IMG/VR virus record: IMGVR_UViG_3300006217_000028
DNA length: 12,346 bases
DNA from: a virus
Taxonomy: Duplodnaviria; Heunggongvirae; Uroviricota; Caudoviricetes
Direction: 5' to 3' (one strand)
The position numbers and the translations under genes are program-made. The notes under the pieces are model-generated. The model did not search any database, had not been told where the DNA came from, and saw only the letters and a program-made list of their open reading frames with translations. Shown piece after piece: positions 5,411-12,346 of the stretch. Numbering within the stretch: position 1 is the stretch's first letter; every line of letters begins with the position of its first letter.

Positions 5411-7334
5411 CTTTGGAGGCTGGGCCACCCGAAACAATCTGCGCTGCTCCGATGGTAGGACCATTGTGAGAGACGCATTCAAAGATTGCGATGGATTGAC
5501 CCGGCCTCTGGTCTGGAATCATCAGCACAATAGTCCCGATAACGTTCTCGGCCATGCTGTGCTGGAGAACCGCGCGGACGGCGTGTATGCTTACTGCTCT
5601 TTCAATGACACAGAAAACGGCCAGAAAGCGAAAAAGATCGTCGAGCATGGTGATGTAGTTGCCCTGTCTATCTTCGCCAATCAGCTCAAGCAGGACGGTT
5701 CCCGTGTCATTCACGGAGCAATCAAGGAGGTCAGCCTGGTGCTGGCTGGCGCCAATCCAGGGGCGCTTATCAACTCGGTTATGGCTCACGGCGAGGAGAC
5801 CGACGCCGCTGAAATTTACAATGGTCTGGATTATATCGAGTTTAGTCTGGAGCATAGTGAGGACGAACGGGAGTCTGAGGATAATTCAAGCGAGCAGACA
5901 GAGGAGCCACCTGCTGAGAATGACATTGCCCACTCGGATGATGGCGAAAAAGTCGAATCCACAAAGTCCGGTAAAGGAAAGACCCTTGAAGATGTACTTA
6001 AAACTCTTAGCAAAGAGCAATTGACGGCTGTCTATGGGGTTCTCGGCGCGGCATTCGTGGCTGAAATTGAGGACCGCGAGGATAACAGCTATACTGGTGA
6101 ACCAGAAGAGGACGAGAACAAAGTAAAACATTCCGAAGGAGGAAATGATTCTATGAAGAAACATCTGTTTGACCCGGAAAACAATAACGAGGGTGTCGTG
6201 CTGGCTCATTCTGACCAGGAAATGATTCTTGAGGCGGCCAAATCCAAAAGTATCGGCAGCTTGAGAGATGCTATCGAAATGTTTGTGGAACAGAATTCTA
6301 CCACTCTCAAGCATGGTATCGACGACATTGACTCCCTGTTCCCGGACTATCGCGACGTAAAGCCCGGCGCTCCTGATATGGTCACCCGCGACCAGGGGTG
6401 GATTACCGCAGTCATGAATAAGACCCATAAGACCCCTTTCAGCCGCATCCGCACCCGTCAGACTGATCTGCGCAGCAAAGACCTTCGCGGCAGTGGTTAT
6501 AAGAAAGGTGAGAAGAAACAGAACGTGGTTAATATGAACGCTCTTACTCGGACTACAGACCCGCAGACTATCTATGTTAAGGATCACCTCGACCGCGACG
6601 ACATTGTCGACCTTGTTGATTTCGACGCGGTTGAGTATCAGTATGGCGCTATGCGCCTGCTGCTGAACGAAGAGGTTGCCACTGCCATTACGATAAGTGA
6701 CGGCCGTGAGGCTGATGATAAGCAGAAGATCCACCAGCAGCATGTTCGCTCTATCTGGCATGATGACGAGCTTTACTGTATTCATGTTGATGTTGACGTT
6801 GAAAAAGCCCGCAATGAACTTCAGGGAACCGATACCGGCGCTAATTTCGGCGATAACTTTGTGTATTCCGAAGCTGTCATCACCGCAGCGCTCCATTCCC
6901 GAGAAAACTTCAAGGGCAGCGGCACCCCAGACTTCTTCTGCACTCCACACCTGCTGAACATCATGCTGCTTGCGCGCGACCGCAATGGCCACCGTATGTA
7001 TGAGTCCCGGTCTGACCTGGCCGCCGCGCTTAACGTCGGTGAAATCTATACCGCAGAACAGTTTGAAGGGCAGATTCGCACGGATGATGACGGCAATAAG
7101 CATAAGCTGCTGGGCATCTTTGTTAATCTCCTGGATTACACCATCGGTGCCGCAAAGGGCGGAGAGATTACTCGTTTCAACCAGTTTGACATCGACTTCA
7201 ACCAGGAAAAGTATCTGTTGGAGGCTCGTATGTCTGGCGCTCTGAACCGCATCAATTCTGCTATTGCTCTGGAGGAACCGGTTAATCAGCCGAGCGCCCG
7301 GACTCCCGGCAACACGAACGCCACCGCAGCCTAA
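5391..7334 (+). CDS. Prohead maturation protease / acidic linker / major capsid fusion protein (647 aa)
   Basis: SD AAGGAGG at 5375-5381 and ATG at 5391. The N-terminal ~135 aa resemble an HK97-type protease (LVWNHQH, ALSIFAN, EVSLVLAGANPGA), followed by an acidic linker and an HK97-fold capsid-like region (FDIDFNQEKYLLEARMSGAL). No other capsid gene is present. Confidence 0.9.
   Translation: MKPKKYDFGGWATRNNLRCSDGRTIVRDAFKDCDGLTRPLVWNHQHNSPDNVLGHAVLENRADGVYAYCSFNDTENGQKAKKIVEHGDVVALSIFANQLKQDGSRVIHGAIKEVSLVLAGANPGALINSVMAHGEETDAAEIYNGLDYIEFSLEHSEDERESEDNSSEQTEEPPAENDIAHSDDGEKVESTKSGKGKTLEDVLKTLSKEQLTAVYGVLGAAFVAEIEDREDNSYTGEPEEDENKVKHSEGGNDSMKKHLFDPENNNEGVVLAHSDQEMILEAAKSKSIGSLRDAIEMFVEQNSTTLKHGIDDIDSLFPDYRDVKPGAPDMVTRDQGWITAVMNKTHKTPFSRIRTRQTDLRSKDLRGSGYKKGEKKQNVVNMNALTRTTDPQTIYVKDHLDRDDIVDLVDFDAVEYQYGAMRLLLNEEVATAITISDGREADDKQKIHQQHVRSIWHDDELYCIHVDVDVEKARNELQGTDTGANFGDNFVYSEAVITAALHSRENFKGSGTPDFFCTPHLLNIMLLARDRNGHRMYESRSDLAAALNVGEIYTAEQFEGQIRTDDDGNKHKLLGIFVNLLDYTIGAAKGGEITRFNQFDIDFNQEKYLLEARMSGALNRINSAIALEEPVNQPSARTPGNTNATAA
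6153..7334 (+). CDS. Putative internally initiated, in-frame capsid isoform (393 aa)
   Basis: AAGGAGG at 6136-6142, 10 nt before the in-frame ATG 6153 (MKKHLFD), at the linker/capsid boundary. Confidence 0.6.
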   Translation: MKKHLFDPENNNEGVVLAHSDQEMILEAAKSKSIGSLRDAIEMFVEQNSTTLKHGIDDIDSLFPDYRDVKPGAPDMVTRDQGWITAVMNKTHKTPFSRIRTRQTDLRSKDLRGSGYKKGEKKQNVVNMNALTRTTDPQTIYVKDHLDRDDIVDLVDFDAVEYQYGAMRLLLNEEVATAITISDGREADDKQKIHQQHVRSIWHDDELYCIHVDVDVEKARNELQGTDTGANFGDNFVYSEAVITAALHSRENFKGSGTPDFFCTPHLLNIMLLARDRNGHRMYESRSDLAAALNVGEIYTAEQFEGQIRTDDDGNKHKLLGIFVNLLDYTIGAAKGGEITRFNQFDIDFNQEKYLLEARMSGALNRINSAIALEEPVNQPSARTPGNTNATAA

Positions 7335-7354
7335 GGTAAAGGAGGAAATTCAAA

Positions 7355-7666
7355 ATGGCAAAGTATTTCGGGAAAATCGGCTATGGGGTGTCCGAAACAA
7401 CGAAGCCTGGGAAGTCTGTCCCTAAAATAACCGAGAGGGAATATCACGGCGACATACTCCAATTCAGACGGCGGTGGGAGAACGGAGAGCATCTTAATGA
7501 CAACCTGAATGTTGACAATAAGATTAGCATCGTAGCCGACCCCTTTGCCTATGAGAATTTCCATGCAATTCGTTATGTCTGGTGGATGGGTGCAAAATGG
7601 AAAGTGATAAGTGCAGAGGTTCAGTACCCGAGACTTATTCTAACCATAGGGGGCGTGTTTAAGTGA
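7355..7666 (+). CDS. Putative head-closure (head-to-tail stopper) protein
   Basis: SD AAAGGAGG at 7338-7345; 103 aa beta-rich protein right after capsid, with IRYV.W.G.KWKVISAEVQYPRLILTIGGV matching the SPP1 gp16-like pattern. Confidence 0.7.
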   Translation: MAKYFGKIGYGVSETTKPGKSVPKITEREYHGDILQFRRRWENGEHLNDNLNVDNKISIVADPFAYENFHAIRYVWWMGAKWKVISAEVQYPRLILTIGGVFK

Positions 7667-7965
7667 ATACCCTAGATGATCTGCAAGCAATTTTGACCGA
7701 CTTGCTTGATATTCCCGGTTGGTATCAGCCCCCGGAAACATCAGAAATGGAGTATCCCTGTTTTGTGTTCCAACTGGACAAGGCTGCCGCAAAATATGCT
7801 GACAACTCCATATACCAGTACATGAAACGGTACAAAGTTACCGTCATAGACCGAGAGCCAGACTCAGTGACTCCAGATAAGATGTTGTCCCTGCCTTATT
7901 GCAGCTTTGACAGGTTCTATACAGCATCCAACCTGAATCACTGGGTCTATATTTTATACTTTTAG
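7663..7965 (+). CDS. Putative tail terminator/completion protein
   Basis: 100 aa with a GTGA overlap, WYQPP..MEYPCFVF and LNHWVYILYF, immediately before the major tail gene. Confidence 0.72.
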   Translation: MNTLDDLQAILTDLLDIPGWYQPPETSEMEYPCFVFQLDKAAAKYADNSIYQYMKRYKVTVIDREPDSVTPDKMLSLPYCSFDRFYTASNLNHWVYILYF

Positions 7966-7976
7966 GAGGTTTTTAT

Positions 7977-8660
7977 ATGAGAGCTAAGTGGGACGAAATT
8001 GGCAAAAGATATTACGAAACTGGCGTAGACCGGACCATGCTCTATAAAATGAAAGATAACGCATATCCTTTGGGTGTGCCATGGAGCGGAATTACCAGCG
8101 TAGAAGAAAGCCCTTCCGGGGCCGAGTCTAACGGTTTTTACGCGGACAATATCAAGTATTTCAACTTGACTTCTGCCGAGGAGTATGCTTGTACCATTGG
8201 CGCTTATATGTATCCGGATGAGTTTGCCGAGTGTGACGGCTCTGTGGAGGTTGCTGATGGCGTCCGTATCGGCCAGCAGACACGCGCACCGTTTGGTTTC
8301 TGCTACCGCACGGTCTTGGGGAACGACACGAAGAAGAACAAATATGGTTATAAGCTGCACCTGGTCTACGGCTGCGAAGCATCGCCCTCTAGTAAAGAGC
8401 ACGGTAGCGTCAACGACAGTCCGGAACCTGCTGAGATGTCCTGGGAGGTTAATACAACGCCTGTTCCGGTAAAGGGTCATGAACCTACCGCAACCATGGA
8501 GGTAGACTCTACCAAGACGCCGCCGGAGAAGCTGAAGCTGCTGGAAGACATCCTGTATGGCAAAGATCCAACATCCGACGATTCCGATGACGGCACAGAT
8601 CCCCGGCTGCCTCTGCCTGACGAAGTGATTGCTCTTGTCGGCATTGCGGCCGTTGCATAA
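7977..8660 (+). CDS. Major tail (tube) protein
   Basis: SD TAGGAGG; 227 aa with YETGVDR, WSGITSVEESPSGAE, FYADNIKY and YKLHLVYGCEASPS, a siphovirus tail-tube pattern; followed by a terminator and chaperones. Confidence 0.88.
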   Translation: MRAKWDEIGKRYYETGVDRTMLYKMKDNAYPLGVPWSGITSVEESPSGAESNGFYADNIKYFNLTSAEEYACTIGAYMYPDEFAECDGSVEVADGVRIGQQTRAPFGFCYRTVLGNDTKKNKYGYKLHLVYGCEASPSSKEHGSVNDSPEPAEMSWEVNTTPVPVKGHEPTATMEVDSTKTPPEKLKLLEDILYGKDPTSDDSDDGTDPRLPLPDEVIALVGIAAVA

Positions 8661-8677
8661 ACAACATATATGATATT

Positions 8678-8712
8678 GGCCGTGTCCTTGGAGATGCGGC
8701 CTTTTTTTATTT
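8678..8712 (+). terminator. Intrinsic terminator after the major tail gene
   Basis: Stem GGCCGTGTC (8678-8686) / GATGCGGCC (8693-8701) with two G-U pairs, followed by TTTTTTTATTT. Confidence 0.8.
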
Positions 8713-8730
8713 CTGAAAGGAGAAGACATT

Positions 8731-9153
8731 ATGCTTAAAAGAACGATTAAGTACATCGATTACAACGGCGTCGAGCGCGAGGAGGATTTCTACTTCAATC
8801 TCACAAAGGCTGATGTGGCTGAGATGGAGCTTACTACTGTCGGCGGCCTTGAGGCCATGTTCAACAAGATTTCCCAAGCACAGGACATTCCGGCTGTGGC
8901 TAAAGTCTTGAAGGGGATTATCCGTAAGGCTTATGGCGAAAAGAGTCCGGATGGCCGACAGTTTATCCGTACTCCTGAGGTCAAGGACGCTTTCTTTAAC
9001 ACCGAGGCATACTCGGAGCTTTTCACAGAGTTGGTTACTGATCCGGTAGCTCTGAATGACTTTATCCGCGCTATCCTGCCAAAAGCACCAGCAGCGGCAG
9101 TCGTGCCAGCAACCACCACCGCGTCACAGCCGGTTCTTCTTCCGACAAACTGA
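8731..9153 (+). CDS. Tail assembly chaperone
   Basis: SD AAAGGAG; 140 aa with Y.DYNG.ER.EDFYFNLTKA and AYGEKS.DGR.F, located between the major tail and tape measure genes. Confidence 0.8.
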   Translation: MLKRTIKYIDYNGVEREEDFYFNLTKADVAEMELTTVGGLEAMFNKISQAQDIPAVAKVLKGIIRKAYGEKSPDGRQFIRTPEVKDAFFNTEAYSELFTELVTDPVALNDFIRAILPKAPAAAVVPATTTASQPVLLPTN

Positions 9154-9175
9154 TTTTATCTAAGGAGGGATGGGA

Positions 9176-9721
9176 ATGCTCCGAATCACAGTACCCGAAA
9201 AAGAATTGTGGGACGAACGCAACCAGGTGTTTATCCAGGTTAAAGAGCAGACTTTGCAGCTTGAGCATTCCCTTGTCTCTCTTTCAAAATGGGAGTCGAA
9301 ATGGCGCAAATCGTTTTTGAAACATAAGGATAAGTCTTTGGAGGAAACAATCGATTACGTTCGATGTATGACCGTTACGCAGAATGTTAATCCCAATGTT
9401 TATCTATGCCTGACAGATGGCAACATTGCTGACGTAAACCGCTACATTGCTGATCCTATGACTGCTACATACTTGTCTAATGACGATTCTTCAGAGGGAA
9501 AAAGCAATGACGTAGTCACAGCAGAACTTATTTATTACTGGATGATAGCTTTCAATATTCCAGTTGAATTTCAGAAATGGCATTTGAACCGTCTGCTCAC
9601 CTTAATTCGGGTGTGCGAGATGAAGAACCGTTCCGGCAAAAAGAAAAATCCTAATGACATTATGCGCCGTAACAGGGCTAGAAACGCCTACAATCGTAAA
9701 CGGTTCAATTCAAAAGGATAG
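9176..9721 (+). CDS. Second tail assembly chaperone-like protein (181 aa)
   Basis: Own SD TAAGGAGG at 9161-9168; ATG 9176 has 7-nt spacing whereas ATG 9170 is too close. LEHSLVSLSKWESKW and IPVEFQKWHLNRLLTLIRVC, with a basic C-terminus. Confidence 0.65.
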   Translation: MLRITVPEKELWDERNQVFIQVKEQTLQLEHSLVSLSKWESKWRKSFLKHKDKSLEETIDYVRCMTVTQNVNPNVYLCLTDGNIADVNRYIADPMTATYLSNDDSSEGKSNDVVTAELIYYWMIAFNIPVEFQKWHLNRLLTLIRVCEMKNRSGKKKNPNDIMRRNRARNAYNRKRFNSKG

Positions 9722-9734
9722 GAGGAACTTAATT

Positions 9735-10709
9735 ATGAGTAACAGCAATCTTAGCTGTATGCGGCTGATCAGCCCCAACCGCAACAGCCCCAGAAATCAC
9801 AAAATCGACACCATCTCCATTCACTGTGTGGTGGGACAGATGGGCGTGGAGGCCCTGTGTAATGAGTTCAGCCGGTCCTCGAAGGGGGCCAGTTGCAACT
9901 ACGGCATCGGCTATGATGGCCGTATTGGCACGTCCGTGGATGAGGAAGATCGTTCGTGGTGTACCTCAAGCTGGGAGAACGATAACCGTGCTATCACCAT
10001 TGAGTGTGCCAGCGATGCGTTCTACCCTTACGCCATCAACGCCAATGTCTGGAAATCCCTGATTGAACTGTGCGCGGACATTTGCAGGCGCGATGGCATC
10101 TCAAAGCTGGTGTGGTCCACGGACAAGTACACCCGCATGAACCACCTGAACGGTTGCAACATGACAGTGCACCGGGACTACGAAAACAAATCCTGTCCCG
10201 GCGATTACATCTACAGCAGGCTGGGCCAGATCGCCAAAGAGGTCAACCAGAAGCTCAGCGGCGCACCCGCCGGACCCTTCAAGCCCTACCAGGGACAGGT
10301 GAACGCGGATGATGGCCTCAACTGCCGCACGGCTCCGGTCAGCGGCAGCGTCCTCAAGACCTACCTGGACGGTACGGTGCTCACCATCACCAAAGAGGAT
10401 GGCAACTGGGGCTACTGCGGCGAGGGCTGGGTGTGCCTGGATTACATCAATAAAATCGCGTCGGCGAAAGACCCGGCGGCAAAGGAGGATTCTATCATGG
10501 ATGGCAAGACCTTTAAGAAAATGTACGACGAAATCAACCCCACCTACAACACCATCGACGAGGTGCCCAGCTACTGGCGGGCCGACATCAAAGAACTGGT
10601 GGACAAGGGCATCATCAGCGGTGTGGGCGGCGGCAAGCTTGGTTTGACCAAGAGCGACTGCAAGGCTGCTGTGATTGCCAAACGAGTCTTCGAAAAAATG
10701 GAGAAGTAG
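9735..10709 (+). CDS. N-acetylmuramoyl-L-alanine amidase (Amidase_2-type) with SH3b and SLH-like C-terminal modules; endolysin or virion-associated lysin
   Basis: SD AGGAGG and ATG 9735. Zn-amidase motifs ISIHCVVG, AITIEC and VHRDYENKSCPG; SH3b-like region about 10287-10454 (GLNCRTAP...GWVCLDY); SLH-like region about 10551-10680 (EVPSYWRADIKELVDKGIISG). Confidence 0.88.
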   Translation: MSNSNLSCMRLISPNRNSPRNHKIDTISIHCVVGQMGVEALCNEFSRSSKGASCNYGIGYDGRIGTSVDEEDRSWCTSSWENDNRAITIECASDAFYPYAINANVWKSLIELCADICRRDGISKLVWSTDKYTRMNHLNGCNMTVHRDYENKSCPGDYIYSRLGQIAKEVNQKLSGAPAGPFKPYQGQVNADDGLNCRTAPVSGSVLKTYLDGTVLTITKEDGNWGYCGEGWVCLDYINKIASAKDPAAKEDSIMDGKTFKKMYDEINPTYNTIDEVPSYWRADIKELVDKGIISGVGGGKLGLTKSDCKAAVIAKRVFEKMEK

Positions 10710-10711
10710 AC

Positions 10712-11089
10712 ATGATAAGTTTCAGCCACAAGGGTGACTTCTCAAAACTTACCGGCTTTCTGGAGAGGGCGAAAGGAATTGTGCATCTGAGCGCTCTCGA
10801 CCGGTATGGCCGGAGGGGAGTAGCCGCCCTTGCGTCTGCAACGCCGGTTGAGTCTGGTGAGACCGCCGCATCATGGTCTTACGAAATTCAAAATGGAGAT
10901 GGAACCGCTGCTATTACCTTTAAGAATTCACACATCGTAGACGGCGTGCCCATAGCCATAATCCTGCAATACGGGCATGGAACCGGAACAGGCGGCTGGG
11001 TGGAAGGGAGAGATTATATCAATCCTGCCATTCAGCCTATCTTTGACGAGATTGTGGAAGAGGCTTGGAGGGAGGTTGCCCAGCTGTGA
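10712..11089 (+). CDS. HK97-gp10-like neck/tail component
   Basis: 125 aa with ATPVESGETAASW, AIILQYGHGT and YINPAIQPIFDEI, the TPVxTGxLxxS / EYGT / xxxPA pattern of the gp10-like family. Confidence 0.75.
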   Translation: MISFSHKGDFSKLTGFLERAKGIVHLSALDRYGRRGVAALASATPVESGETAASWSYEIQNGDGTAAITFKNSHIVDGVPIAIILQYGHGTGTGGWVEGRDYINPAIQPIFDEIVEEAWREVAQL

Positions 11090-12346
11090 GTAAAGCCATT
11101 GAAGAAAGAGTCGTCGCCATGCGCTTCGACAACAAACAGTTCGAGCGCAACGCCCAAACGAGCATTTCTACCCTGGACAAGCTGAAGCGCGCATTGAATT
11201 TGGACGGTGCGGCAAAAAGTTTCTCCCAAGTGGATTCTGCCGCTAAAAAGCTGGATCTGTCTGGAATAAGTTCTGCGGCAGAAACTCTGAAAACAAGGTT
11301 TTCTGCATTAGAGGTTATGGCCGTAACCAGCTTGGCAAATATCACCAACTCCGCTGTCAATGCTGGAAAGCAAATTGTTCACTCCCTCACCATTGCCCCC
11401 ATAAAACAGGGCTTTGACGAGTATGAACTTAAGATGGGCTCCATTCAGACTATGATGATGAGCACCGGCGAGTCGCTGGAAAGCGTAAATCATTATTTGG
11501 ATGAGCTGAACACCTACGCTGATAAGACAATCTATTCATTCAGCGACATGACCTCCAATATCGGAAAGTTTACCAATGCGGGTGTTGGACTAAAGGATTC
11601 CGTCAAGGCTATCCAGGGCGTGTCAAATGTAGCGGCTATATCGGGGGCAAACGCCAACGAGGCGTCACGGGCCATGTACAACTTTGCTCAGGCCCTGTCG
11701 GCAGGCTCTGTAAAGCTTATTGACTGGAAGTCTATTGAGAATGCCAATATGGCTACGGTGGAGTTCAAAAATGAGCTGATTAAGACCGCTGTCGCCATGG
11801 GTACTCTAATCGAGAGCGAAGGTCGCTACATAAGTACGACCACCGATGCGAACGGTCATGTTTCAGACGCCTTTACCGCTACCAGCTTGTTCAATGATTC
11901 TCTGTCCAGCCAGTGGATGACCACTGAAGTCCTGGTGGAAACTTTGGGCCGGTATTCCGACGAAACGACCGAGATAGGTAAAAAAGCTTTTGCCGCCGCG
12001 CAGGACGTCAAGACCTTTACCCAGCTGATGGATACCTTACAGGAGGCTGTGGGTTCTGGCTGGGCCACTACGTGGGAAATTGTATTCGGCGATTTCGATG
12101 AGGCAAAGGTTCTTTGGACAGAGCTGAGCAATACCATCGGCGGGTTTATCGACGACCAGTCAAAGTCCCGTAATGAGATGCTCAAAATTTGGAAAGACCT
12201 GGGCGGACGTGATGACCTGATTGAATCCGCTAAGAATTCGTTTGGAGGCTTACTAAGTGTTATTCAGCCAATCCAGGAAGCGTTCCGTGAAATCTTTCCG
12301 CCCATTACGGCACAGAGGCTGGCGGATATCACCAGCAACCTAAAGG
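11086..12346 (+). CDS. Tape measure protein, 5' part (runs off the window; absent from the ORF track)
   Basis: SD GGAGG at 11071-11075 and GTG at 11086 overlapping the previous TGA. Open to the window end: MSKAIEERVVAMRFDNKQFE...YADKTIYSFSDMT...EASRAMYNFAQALSAG, a tape-measure N-terminal domain with helical Ala/Ser/Thr-rich sequence. Confidence 0.93.
   Translation, partial: MSKAIEERVVAMRFDNKQFERNAQTSISTLDKLKRALNLDGAAKSFSQVDSAAKKLDLSGISSAAETLKTRFSALEVMAVTSLANITNSAVNAGKQIVHSLTIAPIKQGFDEYELKMGSIQTMMMSTGESLESVNHYLDELNTYADKTIYSFSDMTSNIGKFTNAGVGLKDSVKAIQGVSNVAAISGANANEASRAMYNFAQALSAGSVKLIDWKSIENANMATVEFKNELIKTAVAMGTLIESEGRYISTTTDANGHVSDAFTATSLFNDSLSSQWMTTEVLVETLGRYSDETTEIGKKAFAAAQDVKTFTQLMDTLQEAVGSGWATTWEIVFGDFDEAKVLWTELSNTIGGFIDDQSKSRNEMLKIWKDLGGRDDLIESAKNSFGGLLSVIQPIQEAFREIFPPITAQRLADITSNLK

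Larger units (their letters stand above)
1718..10896 (+). repeat. Dispersed strand-polar motif TCAAAATG(G), six copies
   Basis: TCAAAATGG at 1718, 3198, 7350, 9284 and 10888, and TCAAAATGA at 5386. A manual scan found no reverse-strand copy. Confidence 0.75.
1..12346 (+). mobile_element. Tailed (siphovirus-type) phage or prophage packaging/head/neck/tail module
   Basis: Co-directional run of terminase, portal, protease-capsid, neck, major tail, chaperone and tape measure genes. No host genes, integrase or att site in the window, so free phage and prophage cannot be distinguished. Confidence 0.97.

Noticed and set aside
5886-7103. 405-aa minus-strand ORF opposite the capsid gene
   Set aside because: Fully antisense to a well-supported gene, with no recognisable motif or SD; best explained as a shadow of sense-strand codon bias.
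7300-7354. Frameshift or readthrough extension (e.g. Ig-like) on the capsid or major tail protein
   Set aside because: The capsid stop is 20 nt from the next gene and the major tail stop is followed by a terminator; there is no room for an extension ORF and no slippery site.
247-8672. ATATAT-core palindromes at 247-256, 1089-1100 and 8665-8672 as a shared operator
   Set aside because: They are short, AT-rich and have differing flanks; plausible by chance in non-coding DNA.
7962-8756. 264-aa minus-strand ORF and the other minus-strand or alternative-frame ORFs in the track (e.g. 4337-4858, 5253-5855, 3740-4092, 9826-10647, 11037-11493, 11856-12185)
   Set aside because: All overlap strongly supported + strand genes, lack an RBS or motifs, and read as non-protein-like.
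1-12346. Stop-codon reassignment, CRISPR array, tRNA/rRNA, DGR or integrase
   Set aside because: Genes are full length under the standard code and end in TAA, TAG and TGA; no repeat-spacer array, cloverleaf, reverse transcriptase or recombinase motif was seen.

Overview
The window is the left arm (packaging, head, neck and tail-start module) of a long-tailed dsDNA phage or prophage with HK97/siphovirus-type morphogenesis genes. All credible genes are on the + strand and use the standard code. Strong AAGGAGG ribosome-binding sites and the amidase type suggest a Bacillota (probably Clostridia) host; this is inference. Gene order: candidate cos end with a highly structured leader, TPEARENQL protein (possible small terminase), HNH nuclease, stand-alone SH3-like protein, head-tail connector, terminator, HHGIKGQKWG-motif protein, large terminase, portal, fused prohead protease/linker/major capsid, head closure, tail terminator, major tail protein, terminator, two separately initiated tail chaperones, a GC-rich amidase, HK97-gp10-like protein, and a truncated tape measure gene that the ORF track lacks. 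Most interesting observations: (1) a strand-polar TCAAAATG(G) motif every 1.5-2.2 kb that falls in three different reading frames; (2) an internal SD+ATG that could yield a capsid-only product from the protease-capsid fusion; (3) six [LIVM]-x-H-[SG] motifs in the capsid precursor linker, echoed at the N-terminus of the HHGIKG protein, as candidate protease cleavage sites; (4) a perfect 25-bp inverted repeat with nested stems and an anti-SD next to a candidate 3' cos site; (5) a hairpin-bridged split RBS for portal; (6) a first gene whose strong SD has no canonical in-frame start. Protein names come from motif recognition and gene position only; no database searches were run.
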